A stretch of 60,555 bases of DNA from an uncultured Planctomycetota bacterium (GCA_903916245.1 CAIWVZ010000322.1:1-60555), one strand, 5' to 3'. Positions 9,547 to 17,954 are shown, counted from the stretch's first letter. Notes: generated by a model from the letters alone, not told the origin. A program made the numbers and translations.

Positions 9547-9656
9547 GCGGAGACGTTGGGGGGCGAGGCGGGTTTACTGAATTTCACGAACTCTCGGCGT
9601 TCGGTGTAATCTGAACCCCTGCCGTGCCGGTACGGCGGATTTTCACGAGAATTTCC

Positions 9657-11219
9657 ATGCTGCGAAACACTGCCCTTGCCGTCGTCGCTTTGGCGACCGC
9701 CGCGTTCGCTCAGAACTACTGCGTCCCGCAATCCACCATCTATGCGTGTGGTGGGGACGAGTACATCGCGAACGTCACGCTCGCCAACTTGAACAACAAT
9801 TCGGTCTGCATCCCGGTTCCGGGCTACGAGGACTTCACCAATACCGTCGGCGCCGTGCAACTCGCCGGTGGCCAGACCTATCCGATTTCAGTGACGATCG
9901 GAACCTCGTGGGCGTCGGACGTCGTCTACGTCATGCTCGACGCCAACGGCGACGGCACGTTCAATACGACACCGGCGGGCGGCGAACTTCTCGCGACCCT
10001 CGGCCCGTTGACCATGACCGGCGGCACGCAGATCGTTACGGGGCAGATCACGATTCCCCCGGTCGTCGCCGGCAACACGCGTCTCCGCGTGCGCCTCAGT
10101 TACGGCACGATGGCGAGCGGCACCGAGGCATGTGCCAACAACAACTTCGGCAACTGCGAGGATTACTCCGTCTCCACCGGCGGAGGCCCGGTGACCCCCG
10201 AGTATCAGGTCAATCAACCGAGCGCCTCCCATGACATTAACGGGGTTCAGGGAACGGCGTTCTCGGCGGCGAACGTCAACAAGTGCGCGGGCGACGGATT
10301 CGTCGTCAATCTGAACTCCTCGAACGTCGGATTCCCGTTCGACGTCTTGGTCTCGCCGATCCCGGTCGTTCCCGTTTCTCAGGGCGGACTTTGGACGGGC
10401 AATCAGGCGGTCAACGTGAACCTCGCCGCGTTCATTTTCGGCTTCGGCGGGTTCACGACGCCGTTCTTCGGCAATCTCGCCTTGCCGTTCTCCTTCGGAG
10501 CCGCCGCCGACTTCTATACGCAGATGGCGGTGGTCGACCCGTTGAATCCGGACGGGATCGCGATCTCGCAGCCGAACGGACTTCACATTCTGCAGGGTGC
10601 CTCGTTGGCCGGGTTCACGCCGCCGACCGGCGACGACACCTACGCGGTGATTCCTTCGCCCGCATGCTTGCCGTTCTACGGCCAGTCACGCAGCAATGCG
10701 TGGATCACGACCAACGGCCGCATCGGTTTCGGCACGACGCCGTCGGCGGCGTTCGGGGCTTCTTCCGCCGCCGCGTTGACGGGTGATCCGTTCGTCGGTT
10801 ATTGGGGCGACTTGCACACGTACACGACGGGCACCATTTCGGTGACGCAGCCGGTGCCGGGCATCACTCGCGCCGACTGGCTCGGCGTGGCGTATTACGG
10901 GCAGGCGGGCTTGGTGAACACCTTCGGCGTGCAGCTCGATGCGTTGACCAACACGGTCACGATCGACGGCTTGAACACCATCGTCGCGAACACGTCGAAC
11001 ATGATGTTGGGCCTGTCCGCGGGCAACACGGGTTCGTCGGATCCGGGTTCGATTTCGTTCTCCAACGCCGGTGTCGGAACCACGGGCGTCGGTACGCCCG
11101 GTCCGAATCCCGGCATGATCTACAACATCGGCCCGGCGGGTTCCGCGTCCGCGGGCCTCACGTCGATCATCTTCGTGTGGAACTCGATTACGGGGAACTA
11201 CGACTGGGCGTCGTTCTGA
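9657..11219 (+). CDS. Secreted GEVED-domain protein with NIDO-like C-terminal module (paralog A)
   Basis: ORF 9624..11219. ATG 9657 gives the signal peptide MLRNTALAVVALATAAFAQ followed by NYCVP. GEVED-type features are DEYIANVT, VMLDANGDGTF, NTRLRVRLSYG and FGNCEDYSV. The NIDO-like part reads AWITTNGRIGFG...FVGYWGDLH. The mature protein has very few charged residues. Confidence 0.7.
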   Translation: MLRNTALAVVALATAAFAQNYCVPQSTIYACGGDEYIANVTLANLNNNSVCIPVPGYEDFTNTVGAVQLAGGQTYPISVTIGTSWASDVVYVMLDANGDGTFNTTPAGGELLATLGPLTMTGGTQIVTGQITIPPVVAGNTRLRVRLSYGTMASGTEACANNNFGNCEDYSVSTGGGPVTPEYQVNQPSASHDINGVQGTAFSAANVNKCAGDGFVVNLNSSNVGFPFDVLVSPIPVVPVSQGGLWTGNQAVNVNLAAFIFGFGGFTTPFFGNLALPFSFGAAADFYTQMAVVDPLNPDGIAISQPNGLHILQGASLAGFTPPTGDDTYAVIPSPACLPFYGQSRSNAWITTNGRIGFGTTPSAAFGASSAAALTGDPFVGYWGDLHTYTTGTISVTQPVPGITRADWLGVAYYGQAGLVNTFGVQLDALTNTVTIDGLNTIVANTSNMMLGLSAGNTGSSDPGSISFSNAGVGTTGVGTPGPNPGMIYNIGPAGSASAGLTSIIFVWNSITGNYDWASF

Positions 11220-11247
11220 GGCGACGACTCACGTAAACCGTGAAACG

Positions 11248-11286
11248 ACGCCGTCCGGCTCCGCGCCGGGCGGCGTTCGTCGTTTC
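11248..11286 (+). terminator. Stem-loop downstream of paralog A (candidate intrinsic terminator)
   Basis: An 11-bp stem ACGCCGTCCGG / CCGGGCGGCGT (one G-U pair) with a 7-nt loop is followed by TCGTCGTTTC. It starts 29 nt after the stop. Confidence 0.45.
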
Positions 11287-11504
11287 GGGGTCTCCCGAAA
11301 GGGAAGACGTAAGTTCCGGCGCGTGAATGAATTGAACGACCCGACGACCAAGCTCTTCGTGCGCGTCATGGAACACGTCGCGGACAAATGGGGAGTGCTC
11401 GGCGGATTCCCATGCGCCACTTGCATCTCGTAAGTGAAAAGCCTTACACTACGGGTCGTCGCGAGGTTCCCTCCCTCGACCGACCATCAAGGAGTTTGAT
11501 TACG

Positions 11505-13130
11505 ATGAAGATCCTGCCCAAAGTTGCCTTCGCCGCCGCCTTCTTCGCCGCGGTTGCGAGCGCCCAGTACTGCATTCCGCCGTCGACCGCCGCCAACTGC
11601 GCGAACGGCGACGAATACCTCTCCAACGTTACCTTCGGCGCCGTTTCCGTGACGCAGGGCTGCCCCGCTCCGGGCACGTGGTACCAGAACTACAGTTCCG
11701 GTGGCCCGGCTCCGCTTCCCGCGGTTGCGATCGTTCCCGGCACCAACTTGGCGGTGACCTACACCGTGTCCAACTTCTGGTCGTCGGATCGCGTCCACTT
11801 CTTCTTGGACGCCGACAACAACGGCGCCTTCGATCTTCCGGCCGAGAAGCTGTTGGTGCACGTTCCCCCCGCGGCCGGCACATACAACGTGAACGTCCCG
11901 ATCCCGGCGACCGTTCCGTCCGGAACCAATCTCCGGCTCCGCGTTCGCCTGACGTACGGCACCCCCGCGGTGAACAACGAGGCCTGTGCTTCGATGGGTT
12001 ATTCCCACGCGATGGACTTCGACGCCCTCGCGCCGAACCTTCAGGTGCCCGATTACCAAGTCAACTCGGCGAACGCCTCGTTGGACTTCAACGGCGTGCA
12101 GGGCAACATCTACCTGCCGGCCACCACGAACGTGTGCGTCAACTCGCCGATCATCGCGAACCTCGGTGGGACCGCGATCGGGTTCCCCTTCGACGTCATC
12201 CTGTCGGCGTCTCCGTTGATTCCGACGTCGGCCGGTGCGCTGCAGACGGCGGGTGGTCAGGTGTTGAACATCAACTTGACGCAGTTCTTCACGTTCGTCT
12301 TCGGCGGGACGTTCACCAACGGTTTCGTGCCGTTCTCGCTCCCGGCGTCCTTCCCGTCGCCCGCGTCGTTCAAGTTGCAGATGGCCATCATCGATCCGAC
12401 CGTCGTCGGGGCGATCGCTCTGAGCCAAGGTTGCAACCTTGATGTTTCGGGTGCTCAGGCGCTGATCCCCGGTCCGTTCGTGGACGACGCCGGTACGATC
12501 TACACGGCGAATGATCCGTTGACGGGCTGCCTCCCGGCGCTCAACTTCTTCGGAACGACCTACACCCAGTTCTCCGTCGAATCCAACGGCCGTGTCGGCT
12601 TCTCGCCGGCCGCGGCGACGGTGCCGTTCGGAACGGGTTCGTGGGTCCCCGGCACCTACGGTGGCAATCCCCTCACGGACACGTTCGCGGGCTTCTGGAT
12701 GGACTTCCAGGGTGGTTCCTTCGGCGTCGCCGGAAACCAGATCAATCTGCAGAACCTCGGCAACGGTCTTCTCCAGATCGACTACGTGAACCAGAACTAC
12801 TGGGGTCAGCCGGCTCTCGTCGCGAACGGCTCGATCATCTTCGACGCCGTGACTTCGACGGTGACGCTCTCGAAGACGGGCACGTGGCCGTCCGATCCCA
12901 CGACGCCGTGCTGGTTGGGCCTCTCGCCCGGTCAGGCGGGATCGGCTGCGGGCATCGCCACCGATTCGGGCCAGCAGATCTATGCGACCGGCGGCACGGG
13001 TGGTGCGATCTCGAATCCGACCGACATGATCTACGCGAACGGCGATCCGGGCGCGGTGTGGGGTACGGCGTCGACGATCGTGTACGCCTTCAACGCGGTC
13101 AGCTCCACCTACACGTGGGCCGGATTCTGA
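11505..13130 (+). CDS. Secreted GEVED-like protein with NIDO-like C-terminal module (paralog B)
   Basis: ORF 11388..13130. ATG 11505 has AAGGAG 10 nt upstream and gives the signal peptide MKILPKVAFAAAFFAAVASAQ followed by YCIP. It is collinear with paralog A: DEYLSNVT, FFLDADNNGAF, NLRLRVRLTYG, DYQVNSANASLDFNGVQG, GFPFDVILS, QMAIIDP, ESNGRVGFS, FAGFWMDF. Confidence 0.7.
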   Translation: MKILPKVAFAAAFFAAVASAQYCIPPSTAANCANGDEYLSNVTFGAVSVTQGCPAPGTWYQNYSSGGPAPLPAVAIVPGTNLAVTYTVSNFWSSDRVHFFLDADNNGAFDLPAEKLLVHVPPAAGTYNVNVPIPATVPSGTNLRLRVRLTYGTPAVNNEACASMGYSHAMDFDALAPNLQVPDYQVNSANASLDFNGVQGNIYLPATTNVCVNSPIIANLGGTAIGFPFDVILSASPLIPTSAGALQTAGGQVLNINLTQFFTFVFGGTFTNGFVPFSLPASFPSPASFKLQMAIIDPTVVGAIALSQGCNLDVSGAQALIPGPFVDDAGTIYTANDPLTGCLPALNFFGTTYTQFSVESNGRVGFSPAAATVPFGTGSWVPGTYGGNPLTDTFAGFWMDFQGGSFGVAGNQINLQNLGNGLLQIDYVNQNYWGQPALVANGSIIFDAVTSTVTLSKTGTWPSDPTTPCWLGLSPGQAGSAAGIATDSGQQIYATGGTGGAISNPTDMIYANGDPGAVWGTASTIVYAFNAVSSTYTWAGF

Positions 13131-13163
13131 TCGGCGACTGACGGACGCTCAGGCGTCTTCGAT

Positions 13164-13200
13164 GCGGCCGCAGGGGAAACCTTGCGGCCGCGGTCGTTTT
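13164..13200 (+). terminator. Intrinsic terminator after paralog B
   Basis: A 12-bp stem GCGGCCGCAGGG / CCTTGCGGCCGC (one G-U pair) has a GAAA tetraloop and is followed by GGTCGTTTT. Confidence 0.65.
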
Positions 13201-13283
13201 AGGATCGCGTATGCGGCGGGGAGTGGTCCTTCTGCCGATAGGTGGAGAACACGTTTCGACGCCGAACGTCGTATCTTGACGCC

Positions 13284-13682
13284 ATGAACCACTGCGCAAC
13301 ATCGTGCTTCGGGCACGAGAACTACCACGGCGGGTGTTGCCGCCTCGAACAGCGCGACTTCATCATCGGGCCGATCCGTGATGCGACGGTCGTCCTCGAG
13401 CGTCTCCGTGTGCGCACGAACAACCCTTATCTGCGTTTCGAGGAAGTCTTCGTGGACTTCGCGGAAGGCTCGCGGATGTTCCCCGAACGCGCAACGTGGC
13501 AGCGTCCCGAGAATTTCCCCGCGATGCGCGTCGATACGCGGCTCGCGGATCTTCCCTGCGTCTTCTACAACGCGACTCTGAAGGCGTGCGGCGTCTACGA
13601 GGATCGCCCCGAGACGTGCCGGCGCTATATGTGCGATTATCTCGTGCAGGCGCAGAAGGAAGACGCGGAGCAGATCGTCTGA
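13284..13682 (+). CDS. YkgJ-family (CxxCxxCC-type) Cys-cluster zinc/iron-chelating protein
   Basis: ORF 13242..13682. I prefer ATG 13284. The N-terminal cluster is C-ATS-C-x9-CC. The C-terminal motif CVFYNATLKACGVYEDRPETCRRYMC matches the family's C..(F/Y)...C.IY..RP..CR pattern. Confidence 0.65.
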   Translation: MNHCATSCFGHENYHGGCCRLEQRDFIIGPIRDATVVLERLRVRTNNPYLRFEEVFVDFAEGSRMFPERATWQRPENFPAMRVDTRLADLPCVFYNATLKACGVYEDRPETCRRYMCDYLVQAQKEDAEQIV

Positions 13683-15856
13683 TGACGCGATCGCCGTGGC
13701 GCGCGTGGTCGGCGTTGGCGTTGGTGATCGCCGCGCAGGCCGCCGTGTCGTCATGGTGGATGTGGTTGCACGGGTTCCTGACACGGCCTCCGACGAGCGA
13801 CGCGGCGTGGTACCGGCTGGATGCGTTGGCGCTTCTCTCCGGCTTCAAGGAGGGATGGCTCGGGTTCCTCGCGGCGGTTCTCGGACACGACCGCCCGCAT
13901 CCACCGACCATGCCCGCGATCGCGGCGTTGATCGCCCATCTTCGTGGTCACGCGAACGCGATCGAGACGCTCGACGGATTTCTGACGACGTTGTTGTTCG
14001 GTGCCGTTTTTACCCTCGGCGCCTACCGACTTGCGCGCGCGTTCCTCGACCGCGGTCCGTCCGTTTGGGCGGCGTCCGTCGCGGCGTGTATTCCGGTGAT
14101 CGTGGTCAATCAGCGAGCCTTTTATCCGCAGATGCCCATGTCGGCCGTCTCGGTGTGGGCCGTCGCCGAGTTGGTGCGATGCAAAGGGTTCACCGATCGA
14201 GGGGCGACCCTGAGATTCGGAGCGTTCGCGGGTGCCGCGACCATGGTGAAGATGCTCGCGCCGTTGACGTTCGGTGGCGGAGCGCTGTTCGCGCTTTTTG
14301 GATGCCTTACCCACTCCCAGCCCGGCATGCGCCGCCGAGGGCTGACGAACCTCGGAATGTCGATCCTCGTGGCGATCGCGGTGATGGTGCCGTGGTACGG
14401 GCGGCATTGGCGCTCGACGTTGGCGTACGCGGACGAGGTGACGAGCCAGCAAGGGCAGGCTCTTTTCTCGCGCGGCATTCCCATCGACTCGATCGAACGG
14501 TGGGTCTACTACCCGTTTGCGATTCTCAACAACGGACTGACTCCGCCGGTTTGTCTGCTCGTTCTCGTCGCGGCGTGGTGGGCCTGGAAGCGCACGCGCG
14601 GACAGCGCGCGGGCGACGCGACGACGAAGCGTCACGCGGGCGTGCTCCTCGTCGTCAACCTGATCGTTGGGGTGCTCGTCACGACCTACGGTCAGGTTGC
14701 GGGTGAAGCGTTCTACGTTCAGGCGTATCTGCCCGCCGCCGCGGTCTTGTTGGTCGCATGGGCCACCGACCCCGAGAGCGGGACCGTCGGTCGCAAGGCG
14801 ACGGTCGTAGCGGCTTCGGCGTGGATGCTCGGTCTCGGGCTTCGCTCCCATCGCGTGGATCTCGTCAACGATGCATGGACATGGCCGAGCGCGGAATGGC
14901 GCGCGGTGGATCTCCGACGCAATCATGTACGGATCGAATTGATCCCCCGCATCGACTACATGAACGGATGGTTCGCGGTGGCGGCGGACGCGAACGATGC
15001 TCCCGAAGGCGAGTATTGGCCGAACGAAGATTGGGCGACGTTGGTCCGCAGCCGGACGCGTCACGATCGTCCGAAGATGTCGTCGGTGATCGATCCGAAG
15101 TGGGTCGCTTACGAACACCCCTACCTCAACCATCCGACCTTTCTTTATGAAGCGGTCCGGAAGGGCTGGAGCCCCGAGTGGGTGCGTACGGAGAAGCTCT
15201 ACGCCATCACGTCGATCCCGGATTTGATGGCGTCGATTCGGACGCTCGATTATCTGATCGTCGATCACCGCGGCGATCTCACACCCGATGCGACGCGAGA
15301 GTTGTTGCAGGCGGGCGGTATCCGTGGAGAGTTCCTGCGCACCGATCACGTGACGAAGGGTTCGGTGTTGTCGCTGGTGGAGATTCGTCGCCCATGGGAT
15401 CTCGGGCGCTACGTCGCGGAGTGGCCGTCGGCGCGCACGCCGTCCGTCGCATTGGATGCGAAATTCGGCTACGCATTCCACGTCGTCGGTGCGAATTTCG
15501 ATGCGACACCCGAAGGGACGCCCGTGGTTCACGTTTGGATGAAGTCGGATGTCCTTTGGAAGGCGGTGGCCATCGGGCCGATCGCTCCGACGGAGGCGGT
15601 ATTGCGTGCCGAAGATCGCGATGGGCGATGGCTGGCTTCCTGTGCCGTGCGCGCGGACCCGCTCGGGCTGCCGTCGCAAGCATCGGGGAGCGAATACATG
15701 TCGCTGATGTTCGACCGTTTCGCTCTCCCGAAGGGGAGTCGGGCGGAACGGTTCACCCTCGTGTTCCGACCGAAGGGCGCGAAGGACGACGACAAGGCGC
15801 TCCCCGCGACGGGTGGCGGCGTGAAGCGCGGTGCGGGGATCGGAATCGAACCGTAG
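13682..15856 (+). CDS. GT-C-fold membrane glycosyltransferase, ArnT/PMT_2-like, with ~300-aa C-terminal soluble domain
   Basis: This is the in-frame tail of ORF 13496..15856. ATG 13682 overlaps the YkgJ stop by 1 nt (TGATG). The first-loop acidic/aromatic motif is TSDAAWYRLD, followed by HDRPHPPTMP (the HPP motif of ArnT-like enzymes). It has more than 10 TM segments and then a soluble C-terminal domain. Confidence 0.7.
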   Translation: MTRSPWRAWSALALVIAAQAAVSSWWMWLHGFLTRPPTSDAAWYRLDALALLSGFKEGWLGFLAAVLGHDRPHPPTMPAIAALIAHLRGHANAIETLDGFLTTLLFGAVFTLGAYRLARAFLDRGPSVWAASVAACIPVIVVNQRAFYPQMPMSAVSVWAVAELVRCKGFTDRGATLRFGAFAGAATMVKMLAPLTFGGGALFALFGCLTHSQPGMRRRGLTNLGMSILVAIAVMVPWYGRHWRSTLAYADEVTSQQGQALFSRGIPIDSIERWVYYPFAILNNGLTPPVCLLVLVAAWWAWKRTRGQRAGDATTKRHAGVLLVVNLIVGVLVTTYGQVAGEAFYVQAYLPAAAVLLVAWATDPESGTVGRKATVVAASAWMLGLGLRSHRVDLVNDAWTWPSAEWRAVDLRRNHVRIELIPRIDYMNGWFAVAADANDAPEGEYWPNEDWATLVRSRTRHDRPKMSSVIDPKWVAYEHPYLNHPTFLYEAVRKGWSPEWVRTEKLYAITSIPDLMASIRTLDYLIVDHRGDLTPDATRELLQAGGIRGEFLRTDHVTKGSVLSLVEIRRPWDLGRYVAEWPSARTPSVALDAKFGYAFHVVGANFDATPEGTPVVHVWMKSDVLWKAVAIGPIAPTEAVLRAEDRDGRWLASCAVRADPLGLPSQASGSEYMSLMFDRFALPKGSRAERFTLVFRPKGAKDDDKALPATGGGVKRGAGIGIEP

Positions 15857-15873
15857 CGCGTTACACTCGACGC

Positions 15874-16278
15874 GTGACCGAACTCTCCCGAACTTATCGC
15901 TTCTGCGCGAGCCATCGATACTGGCGTCCGGAATGGACGCCGGAAAAGAACACCGCGGTTTTCGGTCGATGCGCCCTGCCTCATGGACATGGTCATAATT
16001 ACCGCATGACCATCGTCGTCGAGGGCACTCCGGATCCCCTGACCGGAATGGTCGCCGACCTCGGGCCTCTCGACGCGTTGGTGGAGCGCGAGATCATCGA
16101 TCTTTTCGACCATCACAATCTGAACGTCGAAGTGCCGTACTTCCACGACGTGATGCCGACGACGGAGAACATCGCCGGGTTCGTCTTGGCGACGCTCGCT
16201 CCGAAGATCGAACGCGGGCGCCTCAGCGCCGTCACGATCATCGAAGACGAGTTTCTTTCGGCGACCGCGCGGCGCTAG
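15874..16278 (+). CDS. queD: 6-carboxy-5,6,7,8-tetrahydropterin synthase (6-pyruvoyl-tetrahydropterin synthase family)
   Basis: This is the tail of ORF 15178..16278 from GTG 15874. Motifs: FCASHRYW, CALPHGHGHNYRM (Zn-binding His triad context), LFDHHNLN. Confidence 0.85.
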   Translation: MTELSRTYRFCASHRYWRPEWTPEKNTAVFGRCALPHGHGHNYRMTIVVEGTPDPLTGMVADLGPLDALVEREIIDLFDHHNLNVEVPYFHDVMPTTENIAGFVLATLAPKIERGRLSAVTIIEDEFLSATARR

Positions 16279-17954
16279 GGCAGAAGCGTTAGCGTCACCG
16301 GATTGGTCGCGAAGCGCGGCAGCGTCGTGACGGGATCGAAGCCGACGGCGGCGAAACGTAGTTGAACGCCCGCGAGGGACGGCGGAGCCGCTCCCGCGGG
16401 AATGACCAGTTGGCCGAGTCCGACGCCGAGACCGGGAACGACACCCGCGAATCCGGGAGCCACGGGCGTATTGATCAACGTGAACAGAAGATCCGTAAAG
16501 GGGTCCGGAACGAGGGGCACGAAGACGCCGTTGCCGATGGGCAGCGTCGGAGACGTGCCCGATGCCGAGGCGGCGATGAGGTAGGAGAGCGAGGCTCCCG
16601 CGACCCCCGTGCTCACCGTGAGATTGGTCGTCCCTCCCGCAGCCACCGACATCGTCGCCGGAGCGATCAACAGCGAGTTGCCGGATGTCGACGCGCGACG
16701 GAGTCGGACGTTCGTCAGGCCATGCGAGTCTTTGACTTCGACGGCGACGATGTGTTGGCCGGGCCCCGAGGCGAGGAACGGAGCGGTTTTCGTCGTCGAC
16801 CACGCTGTCTCGTAGGCGCCGTCCGCCGGGTAGTCGAAGCGGACGGTCAACGCCGTGGTGGGGTCCTGTCCGTCGAAGACCGTCGATGCATTGAGGTTCA
16901 GGGTCAAGGATGCGGCGGAAGACGTCACCGCGGCGATCGGACGATCCGGGCCCGGAGAGCAACGGGCCGCGATGGCGTTCATCCACGACGCGTTGTTGTT
17001 GGTGAGGTACCAACGATAGATGGCGAATCCGTCGGCGCCTCCCGCCAACGCCCCGAGCATGCAGGCGTCGAGCGAGGCGACGGTCGTGGTTCCCGATGTA
17101 TCGGTGTAGGCACGAAGGGTCGGACGGTTGATGCGGACGACACCCGCGTTCGCGCACGCTTGGTCGGTGAACTGAGCGACTTTTTGGCAGTAGGACTGCA
17201 TCAAGGCGTAGTTCGTTCCGTACACCCCGCCGTCGGCGACGTACGCCATGGGCGCATACACGTCGAGCCACGGCGCGAGGGCTTCCCAGTCTTGCCCGTA
17301 GTCCTGAATCAGGAGATTGCGCGACGACGTGTAGGAGAGAAACGACCCGTTGTAGGTAGATCCGTCGATGTAGAACGGCGACGCGATGAGGAAGGCGTGG
17401 AGCGGGATGGGGCCGCAAAGGGCCTTCATCGATGCGACGAAGTTGGTGACGGGCGTCGCCGAGGGAGCACCGCCGTAGTAGCGCACGCGGTCGAGGGCGA
17501 TTCCGTCGAGGGCGTAGCGCGGGTTGCCCGACGTATCGAATGTGTGCAGAAGATAGTCGACGACGTTGCGGAGCAGTTGTTCGTGGGCGGCGTTGCCGGG
17601 GAGAGGCGTCGGGTCGAGAAAACAACCGATCACACCCACCACGTGAATCCGCGCCGCGTGGGCCTGCGCGATGAAGCTCGACAGCGTGCAGTAGTTCGTG
17701 ATCGAACCGTTGGCGGCATTCCACGTCCCGGATTCGTCCGCCATGTAGAGAATGCCGGTTCCCGCTCCGGTGGTTCGATAGAGGTGCAGGTAGATCGTGT
17801 CGATCCCCATCGACTGACAGGTCGCGATCAGATTCGGCGTCGATGGATCGACGTTGCCCTCGAGCCACGGGAAGACGCACATCGCGTTGTCACGCGACGT
17901 CTGACCGCAAGCCAACGAGGCGACGAAAAGGGCGATGATCCAACCGCGCATCAT
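16275..17954 (-). CDS. Secreted (possibly lipoprotein) TIM-barrel glycoside-hydrolase-like protein with beta-rich C-terminal domains
   Basis: ORF 16275..18140. ATG 17954 gives MMRGWIIALFVASLACGQ. The sequences MGIDTIYLHLYR, HVVGVIGCF and DGIALDRVRYYGG resemble GHL10/DUF4015-type hydrolase-like barrels. The C-terminal ~190 aa are Ig-like/beta-rich. The family call is tentative. Confidence 0.5.
   Translation of the reverse strand: MMRGWIIALFVASLACGQTSRDNAMCVFPWLEGNVDPSTPNLIATCQSMGIDTIYLHLYRTTGAGTGILYMADESGTWNAANGSITNYCTLSSFIAQAHAARIHVVGVIGCFLDPTPLPGNAAHEQLLRNVVDYLLHTFDTSGNPRYALDGIALDRVRYYGGAPSATPVTNFVASMKALCGPIPLHAFLIASPFYIDGSTYNGSFLSYTSSRNLLIQDYGQDWEALAPWLDVYAPMAYVADGGVYGTNYALMQSYCQKVAQFTDQACANAGVVRINRPTLRAYTDTSGTTTVASLDACMLGALAGGADGFAIYRWYLTNNNASWMNAIAARCSPGPDRPIAAVTSSAASLTLNLNASTVFDGQDPTTALTVRFDYPADGAYETAWSTTKTAPFLASGPGQHIVAVEVKDSHGLTNVRLRRASTSGNSLLIAPATMSVAAGGTTNLTVSTGVAGASLSYLIAASASGTSPTLPIGNGVFVPLVPDPFTDLLFTLINTPVAPGFAGVVPGLGVGLGQLVIPAGAAPPSLAGVQLRFAAVGFDPVTTLPRFATNPVTLTLLP

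Noticed and set aside
11380-11430. Sigma-54-type promoter (GG-N10-GC) upstream of GEVED paralog B, around GGATTCCCATGCGCCACTTGCA.
   Set aside because: Spacing can be forced to fit GG-N10-GC, but the flanking bases do not match TGGCAC-N5-TTGCA. No enhancer-binding protein is encoded nearby.
15857-15873. Possible preQ1 riboswitch upstream of queD.
   Set aside because: The intergenic space is only 17 nt, so there is no room for the aptamer.
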